A stretch of 64,000 nt of DNA from Ostrea edulis (Eukaryota). The stretch lies in NCBI RefSeq assembly GCF_947568905.1, contig NC_079172.1, positions 42,408,001 through 42,472,000 on the forward strand, given 5' to 3'. Both the position numbers and the translations under genes were made by a program. Numbering within the stretch: the first letter of the stretch is position 1; each line of letters opens with the position of its first letter. Positions 26,401 through 38,000 of this stretch are shown one piece after another. The notes under the pieces were generated by a model. That model searched no databases and had not been told where the DNA came from. It was given only the letters and a program-made list of their open reading frames with translations.

Positions 26401-29400
26401 ATTCGATGCCGCAATCCATGGGGCGGTATCGAATGGAAGGGGGCGTGGAGTGACGGGTAAGTATGACTTGATGCCGCAATCTATGGGGCGGTACCGAATG
26501 GAAGGGGGCGTGGAATGACGGGTTAGTATGATTCGGTGCCGCAATCTATGGGGCGGTACCGAATGGGAGAGGACGTGGATTCGATGCCGCAATTCATTTG
26601 GCGGTACCGGATGGAAGAGAGCGTGGAGTGACGGGTTGGTAGTCTAATATGAAAATATTATAACCTTTTTAAAATTGGTTGAAGCAAACTAAATTTGTTA
26701 TATTTATTACAAAAATATTTATATGTAAATATAGTTACTATATGGATACATGTATGCAGGGTTGGGCCTAAGATATGAAAATTCAAGAGAATGAGATTTA
26801 AATTGTTGTTAAACGTTGTTGTTTTGGTTTTTATTTTGTCTTGTGATAAAGCCTTTGTAAATGAACCAGTTTTGCGTTTGTTGTCGTTTTTTCCCCGAAA
26901 GCATCATTTCAATTATGTCTGTTTTTATATTTTAAAAAAACATAGAGCGACTTAATTGGTGAATGATATAGATGTTTGATTCCTGCTAATAGCGTAGATT
27001 TGAAGATGTACTAATCTTGGTTCCGAAATCACTGTATATTCTCGAAATTGTACATTGTATAAAAATTCTGCTTTTTTCTTTGACTTTTAAAAATCTGAGA
27101 ATTGTTTTTGAATCATTACATCGTATCTTAGAATTACTTACAATATTCCAAAAATAGCATATGCAAAAGATTTGCATGTAATACAATCTTCATCAGAATT
27201 AAAGTATAAGTAACCTTGCTTTTAAAAAAACAATGAAGTAAGTTTGATCCGCTCACTAAGACTGCTACATGTTTTAATTTTGCGTAGGTCCCCAGAGTGG
27301 AAGAAAGTGAGCGACGGTGAAAAGAAGGAGCTAGGTCTTACTTGTGACGACAATGGAGAATTCTGGTAAGTCAGTGTATGTGTGCGCTGATAACGTAGAA
27401 CATGACGTTTAAATGCACGTGAAATGAGGTAGTGGTAAATATGGTATCCCATCAATTAAATCTTCTTGTAGCACCGATGAAAACAAAAATCTGCTGATAA
27501 AATTTTCTGTACTGCAGGATGTCATTTGAAGATTTCTGCCAGTATTTCACCAGTATAGACATATGCCACATCATCAACACGTCCCTGTTTTCGCTGTCCA
27601 AGACATGGAAGGAAGGAAAAGTGGAAGGGGAATGGAAGCGGAATCGGAGTGGTGGGTGTGGGAACAATGGAACTTTTCTAGAAAACCCACAAGTGAGGCT
27701 TACATGTCACATACTAAACATACTGCTAGTTTGTTGGTTTATTATGCTATATCAGACCTTTTTCTTCGTTTAGTGCACTTGACATGTGTCAACGAATTTG
27801 GACAGAATGGACTTCTGATATGCTTATAATACTGTCAGCTATCCGGGTCCAGTCAAGGCTGAAAGGGGATACAACCCGGAGTAACTCCACAGACAACCTT
27901 GATTGGGCCTGTATTCCAATGCACCAGTCGATGTTTTAAAAGTTGTCCCGCTTTGTACATGTTATGAAATTCAATGCTAGAGAAAAAAATTCCATTTGAA
28001 TGAAATGTACCAGTTTTATATATTTGTGGTAATGTAGAGAAGCAATGTATTATGACGTCACGTTATTTAATCCCTCCCCCCCCCCCCCTTCCGGCTTCAT
28101 TAGGTTGTACAAGTTACATGATAGGAAATAAGTGTATTGTATGAGATCTAATTTCCTTCAAACATGTACACTGTATAGAGGTTTCTGTATAGTGTTTGTC
28201 ACAAAACATATCAATTTATCCAATGCCTTTAGTTTGACCGTGACGTCAGGTTTTTTAAGACATTGCGTATATTTTAGTTTATGTTCGAGATTACCGATAC
28301 GGCCGTGGAAGTCCTGGTGTCTTTGGAACAATACGACAGACGCCGAGAGAAGGACCAAGGAAAGTCCAACTATACCATTGGTGTCACCATCATGAAAGTA
28401 CGGCTTCATTCCAATCTATCAAATTATGTTCTCAACTTTCACAATTGTTAGACTAATGAACACATTGTATAACTTCTTCCAAACAGGCGGATTTAAACCG
28501 GAAGTACAGAATGCATGATAGACTAGAGCGAATACATTCCGGACCATTTTCTAACGCCAGGAACGTGTTCGTCCGGGTTTCTCTACACCCCGGACGTTAC
28601 ATCATCATCCCATCGACCTTTGATCCGGGTTGTTATGGGAAATACATTCTTAGAATGTATTGCAGCAGTCATCTAAATCTTCGGTAAGTTTTTTTTTTTT
28701 TTTTTTTTACGTTTAATTGGACCAGTCGCGATAGCTTACATGTACTAGTTATCTAGAGTGCTCGATAGCTTACGTGTACTAGTTATCTAGAGTGCTCGAT
28801 AGCTTACATGTACTAGTTATCTAGAGTGCTCGGTAGCTTACATGTACTAGTTATCTAGAGTGCTCGGTAGCATACATGTACTAGTTATCTAGAGTGCTCG
28901 GTAGCTTACATGTACTAGTTATCTAGAGTGCTCGGTAGCATACATGTACTAGTTATCTAGAGTGCTCGGTAGCTTACATGTACTAGTTATCTAGAGTGCT
29001 CGGTAGCTTACATGTACTAGTTATCTAGAGTGCTCGGTAGCTTACATGTACTAGTTATCTAGAGTGCTCGGTAGCTTACATGTACTAGTTATCTAGAGTG
29101 CTCGATAGCTTACATGTACTAGTTATCTAGAGTGCTCGGTAGCTTACGTGTACTAGTTATCTAGAGTGCTCGATAGCTTACATGTACTAGTTATCTAGAG
29201 TGCTCGGTAGCTTACATGTACTAGTTATCTAGAGTGCTCGGTAGCTTACATGTACTAGTTATCTAGAGTGCTCGGTAGCTTACATGTACTAGTTATCTAG
29301 AGTGCTCGGTAGCTTACATGTACTAGTTATCTAGAGTGCTCGATAGCTTACGTGTACTAGTTATCTAGAGTGCTGGGTAGCTTACATGTACTTGTTATCT

Positions 29401-32400
29401 AGAGTGCTCGGTAGCTTACATGTACTTGTTATCTAGAGTGCTCGGTAGCTTACATGTACTAGTTATCTAGAGTGCTCGGTAGCTTACATGTACTAGTTAT
29501 CTAGAGTGCTCGGTAGCTTACATGTACTAGTTATCTAGAGTGCTCGATAGCTTACGTGTACTAGTTATCTAGAGTGCTCGGTAGCTTACATGTACTAGTT
29601 ATCTAGAGTGCTCGGTAGCTTACATGTACTAGTTATCTAGAGTGCTCGATAGCTTACATGTACTAGTTATCTAGAGTGCTCGGTAGCTTACATGTACTAG
29701 TTATCTAGAGTGCTCGATAGCTTACGTGTACTAGTTATCTAGAGTGCTGGGTAGCTTACATGTACTTGTTATCTAGAGTGCTCGGTAGCTTACATGTACT
29801 TGTTATCTAGAGTGCTCGGTAGCTTACATGTACTAGTTATCTAGAGTGCTCGGTAGCTTACATGTACTAGTTATCTAGAGTGCTCGGTAGCTTACATGTA
29901 CTAGTTATCTAGAGTGCTCGATAGCTTACGTGTACTAGTTATCTAGAGTGCTCGGTAGCTTACATGTACTAGTTATCTAGAGTGCTCGGTAGCTTACATG
30001 TACTAGTTATCTAGAGTGCTCGGTAGCTTACATGTACTAGTTATCTAGAGTGCTCGGTAGCTTACATGTACTAGTTATCTAGAGTGCTCGGTAGCTTACA
30101 TGTACTAGTTATCTAGAGTGCTCGGTAGCTTACATGTACTAGTTATCTAGAGTGCTCGGTAGCTTACATGTACTAGTTATCTAGAGTGCTCGGTAGCTTA
30201 CATGTACTAGTTATCTAGAGTGCTCGATAGCTTACATGTACTAGTTATCTAGAGTGCTCGGTAGCTTACATGTACTAGTTATCTAGAGTGCTCGATAGCT
30301 TACATGTACTAGTTATCTAGAGTGCTCGGTAGCTTACATGTACTAGTTATCTAGAGTGCTCGGTAGCTTACATGTACTAGTTATCTAGAGTGCTCGGTAG
30401 CATACATGTACTAGTTACATGTATCTAGAGTGCTCGCGCTGCTTTGCTTCACCGGAAGGTCCCGGGCATCGGTGTCGCGTTAAACTTCAGAAAGACGTTC
30501 AACATAGACTGACTATTTCTCTGTCAATCAGTCGATGTTTGAAAAACCCGGAAGTGAGAAGATGAAAATAACGAACAGTGACCAATCTCATAACTCCCAA
30601 AACGAATACAAAATAGAGAGTTGGGCAAACGCGGACCCCTGGATATACCAGAGGTGGGATAAGGAAAACGGAGTAAGTCGGTGTGCCAAGAACGGTCTAA
30701 CAATTGGTATTAAATACTGTTTGGCATATTTTTAATCTTAAAGTATGTCTCGTGCACCAATCCATCTTTTAGCTCTAAAGTAGGTCACGGTGCGTACACC
30801 AATCCAGCTGAAATGTAAGCTGAAGTTGTCTTCTTCCAAGAGGAGATTTGTGACTATTTTTCAGGTTAATATCTGTATCCGTAACGAAAAAAGTCCGGAA
30901 AACTGTTTGTCCACTTTTAGTCCTAAAGTAGATCACGGTACGTGCACCAACCCAGGTGAAATACAAACTGAACTTATATTCCTCCGAGAGGAAGCTTATG
31001 ACTAAATTTCAGGGTAATATATGTATCCTTAAAGACAAAAGTACGGAAACTGTTTGACCTACTTTTAGCCCCAAGTAGGTCACGATGAACTAATCCAGCT
31101 TAAATGCAAACTCACTCTTATGTTTCTCGAAGGAGAAATTGTGACCAAATTTCAATGCTGTACATGCATCCGTTACGGAAAAAATCTGGAAAATATTACC
31201 TTGGACAGACGCATGCACGGACCCACGGACAGTGCCATAGCATAACACGCACCCTCTGATGACGGGTGTATAAAAATGAACGATTAAATATGTGAAACGG
31301 AACTTTATGATGTAAAACTTGTACGGTACCAATTTTGATGCACCAGATGCGCATTTTGACAAATAATGTCTCTTCAGTGATGCTCAAGCCGAAATTTTGG
31401 AAATTTAGAATGACAAAAAACTTGTAAGAGCTATAAGGAAAACTAAAGTGCCAAAAACTGGAGCCAAATTCGTCCAAGGATCAGAGCTATGTATGAGGGA
31501 GATATAATCCATAATTTTGAAATGAATTTCTAAATTTTATCCCAGCAATTAAATATACATCCGTATTTTCAAGCTACATATGTAGTAACGAAGTACTTAG
31601 ATACTGGGCTGTAGAGACCCTCGGGGACTAACAAGTCCACCAGCAGAGGCCTCGACCCAGGGGTCATAATGTAAAACTTATACAGTAGCAATTTTGATGA
31701 TATCAATAATTTAGTGCTGCACATATTAGTCTAATAGTATGATTTAACTTACGTTTCAGGGAACTGTGGTTAGACGAACCACCCCCTCCCACCGTGTGTG
31801 GCATTCCATCCAACCTCAAGAAACGAAGAACATGCGCAACACAGGTCACTATTGTAAAAGGTGAAGGGTTTCCGGGAAACGATAACAAGGGAAGTAAGTT
31901 AAACATCACCTAGATGTAGTAAATATCAAGTAAATGTAGTAAAATGTTGAGTAAAAATAAAAAAAGATTTAAAAAAAAACAACCACAGATTAAAGGATCT
32001 ACATTAGTCTTAGATATTATTTATTCATTCATTACTGAATTTCTATTCCCTATCATGTTTTCCAGGTAACATGTATTGTAAAATCTCCTGTGAAGGTAAA
32101 GCTTATAAAACAAAAGTATGTAAGGATACCTTAAAACCACAATGGAATGACAGAGCAACATTTTACAGGAAAAAACCAGAAATCGACATCTTTATTGAGG
32201 TATGTATTTCCTTTTCATTTCTCATTAAAAGATGCGTTTATTTAAGAATTATGTGTATTTAAAAGTATGTTGTACAGATAATACGCAAAGATGTGCAGAC
32301 AATTCTAAAATGAAATCCATAGCAAAATCAGGTTGAACAATTTTACTCTTTTGATTAATTCTTCTACATACTCTTGTTAATTCATTTGAAGGTGTGGCAT

Positions 32401-32589
32401 AGCAGTATAATAAAGGACGAGTTTCTTGGAGAGTGTGTGGTACCCATGTCAGAGAACGCCACCTATCGGGGTGGAAACACCATCCGAAGGTTTGATGTTA
32501 AAACCAAGAAGAACGGTGATGGGACAGAGAAGAGAGAGGGCTACATCTGGCTCAAGGTCCTTCACACTAATGAAATGGACACAGTCTGA
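23483..32589 (+). CDS. CAPN5: Calpain-5/TRA-3-like protease, copy 1 (CysPc, domain III, C2), 12 exons, 635 aa
   Basis: Exons 23483-23644, 24883-25014, 25154-25356, 25445-25628, 26266-26456, 27288-27365, 27518-27692, 28278-28397, 28487-28683, 31760-31893, 32066-32199, 32392-32589; 1908 nt in frame. The triad [18 protein letters not shown] is intact. A C-terminal C2 domain replaces the penta-EF-hand. Confidence 0.93.
24452..24722 (+). mobile_element. Dispersed repeat family beginning gaaggtgaagataacgaacagtgatcaatctc
   Basis: Homologous copies at 30556-30725, 36397-36550, 40776-40915 (-), 41277-41610 (both orientations), 44137-44200, 46644-46666 and 52243-52290 (-). Element class not identifiable. 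Confidence 0.75.
25666..25935 (+). mobile_element. SINE-like retroposon
   Basis: Body ccgaggtcccgtgtcacagc...caccggcaatgg...ctcgagagggac with a caat-repeat tail. Copies at 46896-47135 (+), 55845-56116 (-) and 51395-51490 (-, partial). Confidence 0.8.
26462..26640 (+). repeat. Three degenerate tandem copies of the 3' end and donor of calpain-1 exon 5
   Basis: Copies of gatgccgcaatc..ggcggtaccgaatggaag..gcgtggagtgacggg. Confidence 0.85.
28725..30436. repeat. Highly homogeneous 34-bp minisatellite (~50 copies) in calpain-1 intron 9
   Basis: Unit agtgctcggtagcttacatgtactagttatctag. Confidence 0.97.
30744..31275 (+). mobile_element. Helentron/HINE-like element
   Basis: Internal ~170-bp tandem repeats, a ggac-type microsatellite, and a 3' subterminal hairpin cacgcaccctc..gacgggtgtataaaaa. 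Confidence 0.55.
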
Positions 32590-32790
32590 TAAAACGATAC
32601 TTTACACTAATGAAATGGACAGAGTTTGAAAAATGCTACTTTACACTAATGAAATGGACAGAGTTTTAAAATATGCTTTATTGCACTAATGAAATGGACA
32701 GTGTTTGAAAAATGATACTTTACACTAATGAAGTGGACTGAGTTTGAAAAAATGCTACTTTACTCTAATGAAATGGACAGGGTTTGAAAT
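32561..32790 (+). repeat. 39-40-bp tandem repeat (~6 copies) derived from the calpain-1 stop-codon region
   Basis: Unit ttacactaatgaaatggacagagtttgaaaaatgctact. The first copy encodes HTNEMDTV*. Confidence 0.9.
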
Positions 32791-32886
32791 TTGTTATTTC
32801 ATGAAGTACTTAAGATTTTGTGTTTTTATAATTACTGATGACGTGATATGACACGAGTGTTTGTATAGTTGTCTGGGGCTGTAGAG

Positions 32887-33194
32887 TATGGTGTCCGGAT
32901 AGGGCCATTTGCAAAGGCGTGACTGCGCGTTAGTCACAACACGCCGTCACGCCAACAAGCAACGCGCTCTCACGCCAACAAGCAACGCGCCTTCGCGCTC
33001 TCACACCAACAAGCAACGCGCCTTCGCGCTCTCACGCCAACAAGTAACGCGCCATCACGCCAACAAGCAACACGGCGCGAAGGTGTGTTGCTTGTTGGCG
33101 TGAGAGCGCGAAGGCGCGTTGCTTGTTGGCGTGACGGTGTGTTGTGACTAACGCGCAGTCACGCTTTTGCAAATGGCCCTATCCGGACACCATA
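32887..33194. mobile_element. GC-rich foldback MITE with ~80-bp TIRs and internal 30-bp repeats
   Basis: tatggtgtccggatagggccatttgcaaa ... tttgcaaatggccctatccggacaccata, flanked by gtagag on both sides. Confidence 0.88.
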
Positions 33195-33689
33195 GTAGAG
33201 TATGTTAACAAAATAGATACATATGAATTCTACATGCCGGTTCTTCTATTCCTCAGCTGGGTATGTGTGTGAATGTAAGGAGTGTTTATTTTTGTATTTA
33301 TTTATTGACTCTAAATTTGTATTCTATTTATATAAAGTGTATCATATACAATATTGAATACCGGCTAACAATCAAAAATTTTCACGAGGTTTTGTTGTTC
33401 TTTTACCTGTTGTAAATTTTTACGTTAAATGTTTTATTTATTTTAAAGATTTCCTTTGTTTCAAAAGACCTGTTGTTTTCTAAACTGAAACACATTTGTT
33501 TTACCATATGTGATTCTTTTGCAGATTTATACATTAAAATACAAAAATAGACTATTAATTAAAAATAGTGTTAAGGATTCAACGTTAAAGACGTTTTAAA
33601 GCTTTTTACTTTTCTTATTCAATTGAAACTGTAATTTATGTCTGAATATTATATTTCATTTATGTATTATACTTTGAGATCTTGTTGTG

Positions 33690-33834
33690 ATATATATATA
33701 TATATATATATATAATCCAAATAGAAAGAGTTGATATCACACAGTCAAAATAATTCAATAAAAAAAGTAGGAAAATATACAGTTCCAAAATATATGGAGT
33801 TATATATGTGTATATTTTCCTGCTTTTTTTATTG

Positions 33835-33893
<59 letters not shown>

Positions 33894-34012
33894 GTAAAAA
33901 GAATTCAGTATTTGATACAGTAAATACATCCAATAATAAAAGTCAAGAAACACAAAACTCGAATAACATTTCACTGTTAGCGCTTTCAGCTTTAAGCCGA
34001 AAGTGCTAACAG
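33690..34012. repeat. Microsatellite-embedded hairpin remnants, probably Penelope-like termini
   Basis: 33714-33838 is the reverse complement of the family at 44350-44490. 33974-34012 is a palindrome ctgttagcgctttc-agctttaagcc-gaaagtgctaacag that runs into the gap. Confidence 0.6.
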
Positions 34013-34150
34013 NNNNNNNNNNNNNNNNNNNNNNNNNNNNNNNNNNNNNNNNNNNNNNNNNNNNNNNNNNNNNNNNNNNNNNNNNNNNNNNNNNNNNNNN
34101 NNNNNNNNNNNNNNNNNNNNNNNNNNNNNNNNNNNNNNNNNNNNNNNNNN
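34013..34150. other. Assembly gap (N run)
   Basis: Run of n characters. Confidence 1.
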
Positions 34151-34757
34151 TTACATAGCTTTGATTATATGAATATCCATATGGCTTTGTACGTTGTAAA
34201 TCTATTTTTATATTTCTAATAAAAAATGACATGTATATATCTGTGTAGTTTTAAAATGCACCCTGTTCAATGAAACGTTAAGTGCGGAATACCGTTTAAT
34301 TGGAGCAGTGTTGATTGATTTAAATAGACAGCAGTTTAAACCCACTCATTTCAATTACTAAAAACAGACGATTGGAAATGCGAAATCCGGTTGTGCTTGA
34401 CTGCTTTCGTCAGCTGGAGCATAATACTTGCTTAGTGACATATAAACACAGCCGCATGTAGGTATAGAACAGGGTACAAACACTGATGTTCAGGTTCGTT
34501 GGATCTTCGAGTTAATATTGTTCATGGATTGCGCAGACAATGCATGGTAGTGGAATAATCACTGCAGGTAAGATATTGTGCAATGGTTTAGAAACATACC
34601 AACCTTGGAGAGCATTACTTTATTAACACTTATCAGGAAAATGAGATGTAGAATTGAGATATATCACTTTACACAGAGATGAATGTATCGACGTGATTAT
34701 GTTAATGTTCTGTCAAGTGTTGAGCAATATACGTATCAGAATTTTAAAAATCGGTAA

Positions 34758-34945
34758 GTGTTTATTTGTTGATCTGTTGCTGGTAGCTTTAGTAAGTGCT
34801 ACGGTAAGTATTTATTTGTTGAACTGCTGCTGATAGCTTTAGTAAGTGCTACGCTATTTGTTGACCTGTTGCTGATAGCTTTAGTAAGTGCTACACTATT
34901 TGTTGAACTGTTGCTGATAGCTTTAGTAAGTGCTACACTGTTTGT
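34758..34945. repeat. ~39-bp tandem repeat (4 copies)
   Basis: Unit tatttgttga.ctgttgctgatagctttagtaagtgctac. Confidence 0.85.
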
Positions 34946-35021
34946 TTCCTCTATCAATGCATAAACAAATGTTTTTAGTCTCCCCATGATTTCTACAGTG
35001 GATATCCAGTAGCAGACGACA

Positions 35022-38000
35022 ATGGTCCTGGGGCTATTTGATTCTGCTGTTCCCTATAAGGGACAGGCGTACAGTAAACTGAAGTCTGAATGCGTCAGTT
35101 CCGGTCGGTTGTTTGAAGATCCGGAATTCCCTCCAGTTTCTTCATCACTTGCTTATTCTGAACCTGCATCGTCTAACATCGTGTGGAAGAGACCAGGGGT
35201 AGGTGTGTGCTTAATGGCATTCAAATAATGAAAACACTAGTATGGATCATATTGACTATTTTTCTTCCTAAGACATTTTTCGCCCCTGTTACTGAACAGC
35301 ATTTTAGTAATAGTAGTGCTTGATGTGTTTACCATGAAAACATATGAAAGTACTGTTGTATGTTGCAAGTACGCCGGTCATTTACGATTATTATGTCAGA
35401 CGTGTTTACTACAAACATTAATGATTTTCATAAAGCTATGACGATTCACTATGCAAAAGGATTGGGATTTGACGTGATCGTGTTTCCGTGCGGGGATGAC
35501 ACCAGTATATGACTTTTAAGAAATGAGAAATGTTGAAAATTGTGATTTTTATCGCTTTTCTAGGAAATCACTGGAGATCCTAAATTTTTCGTTGACGGCG
35601 CCGGAACTGATGATTTTAACCAAGGGGCGCTTGGGAATTGCTGGTTCGTAGCCGCAGCAGCATGTATAGCTGAAAAACCCAAACTGCTGAAAAAGGTAGT
35701 TTTAAAAAAGACTATAAGTAATCATATTTCCCATGTGATTTATACATGGTAACAATTGTATGGGAAACCCTTACCTAGCAAATAAGAATTTATTGTACCT
35801 GTAGATTGTGCCAGATATTGAGAAACAAGAGTGGCTTCCGGAGAACAAGTATGCTGGGATATTTCACTTCCGGTTCTGGATTTGTGGAGAGTGGACGGAT
35901 GTTGTGATTGACGATTATCTGCCTACTGAGGGTGGTAACCTGATTTACATCCACTCAAACAAACGGAACGAGTTCTGGTCAGCTCTTCTGGAGAAAGCTT
36001 ACGCAAAGTAAAGAGAAATAGACCTTTCGGATATTGTTATCTAGAATTGACGGATGATGCAGAGTTTGTGACTAACTACTACTAACACCACAGAATAGTC
36101 CGAAATGTTATATTTTTGTATTTCATTCCTCTAGTGTCTAACTGTATCTCATTTTCCTTCCTCATCGCCTCTTTTAAAAGAAAGCCCATTTCACTCACAT
36201 CGAGACGTCACCCGCGAATGGGACGCAAACGAACACAACCAAACATTTGTCTCCTTGTATACTGATATATTATATTGATAATTTGTTGTTGCGGAACCTC
36301 TGATAGGAATGGCTTCTGTTTAGTATGACAATACTGAACTCGTCCATCCATTTGTTTATTACACAATTTTTTAACCAACAATAACATGATTATGAAAGGT
36401 GAAGGTAACGAACAGTGGTCAATTTCATAACTCGTATAAGAAATACAGTACAAAATAGAGAGTTGGGCAAATACGGATCCCTGGATATACCAGAGGTGGG
36501 ATCAGGTGTCTAGGGGGATTAAGCATCCCCTGTCGACTAGTCACGCCCTCCTTTATCTTTATGTTTAAAAAATGAACCGATGCTCCAGTAATTTTTATGA
36601 GTTGACCTGTTTCGTTTTGCAGACTATTCGGATGTTACGAGTCTTTGCGCGGAGGTTTTGCTAGAGACGCTCTTGTCAACATGACAGGGGGCGTAGGGGA
36701 GGTCATCACATTGTCGGACTACATCGAATCAGAGGAGAAGAAGGAAAAACTTTTTCAAATACTTCATTCTGCCATTGACGATCAGTCTATGATCAGCGCC
36801 GCCATTCTAGTAAGTATAGTCGTCTTTCTTCACAAGCATAGTGTCAAAAATCTATTTTAGACATACATTTCAATGACGAATACTGACGTTCTCAAATTAC
36901 ACTATGTTTCATTCAAAATGTTTAAGTATTAAATACTAGAATGGTAATTAAATTTCACACTTCGCATACTCATTTTAATATTCAGAAGTAAACATATTAA
37001 TATTTTGTTTGTTTTCCAGACAGGCGGAAATGATATAGAGTCCAAACGGGACAATGGTTTAGTGAATGGTCACGCTTACAGTGTCACAGCCGTGAAAAAA
37101 ATACGATTAGGGGAAGGTCTGATTGCGTTTTTTAAGAGAGATTCCATAAAGTTAGTTCGTTGTCGCAATCCTTGGGGTGATACTGAGTGGACAGGGGCTT
37201 GGAGCGATGGGTAGGATTTCACAAATCTAGAAGACAGTTTCCTGCAAGAAAGTGTTTAGCATCATATAGCTCAATTTGTTCTTCAATAACACTTACAATT
37301 GTTACCTGTAGGTCCCAGGAATGGGCTAAAGTGAGCAGCAACGAGAAGGAAGAAATGGGAATCACTATAGAGGATAATGGTGAATTTTGGTAAGTCATGC
37401 CTGCATCGTCAATCAGAAACTATGGATTGGAAAGGTGACAATGTTAAACAAAAACGATTATACTTCCTGAATTCTGAAGTGCATAATGTACAATGGTATT
37501 CTCCAGATATGTTTACGTTTAGATGCAAAACTGTAGCTCTCTGGGGAAAGTATTGGAACAAGTCAGAGAGCCACAGATCCACCCCTTATAAAAACCTCCG
37601 ATATACAGTACGGCGCAGACAAAAATGCACTCGGTTGAAGCCTTATATCATAGTATTCTTGCATTGCCGTCTCAAAAATTCAATATGAAAAATTCCTAAC
37701 ATTTTCTTGTTATACTTGTGTCCAAACATACCTTCAAACATTCATTAAAGCCCCATGCGACCCGAGATCCCATAGCTTTAAATGATTCCGCTTGTTGACT
37801 AGCTATGTTAGGCAGCCAGTCAAATCGAGCCCCTTTTATTTCCATACTCATAGCATTTTTAAAACAATATAATGTCTGCGCCGTAAATCGTGAAAGGTTT
37901 CCATAAGAGAAGGGACGGCTCTGTAGCTCTGTGGTCTGTCTGCAGCTGGTTTAAACTGAGATACTGTTTTGCACTAATCAAACTCGTCGTTCAAGTTGTC

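Noticed and set aside
28725-30436. CRISPR-like array of ~34-bp repeats
   Set aside because: The units are contiguous with no unique spacers, there are no cas genes, and it lies in a eukaryotic intron.
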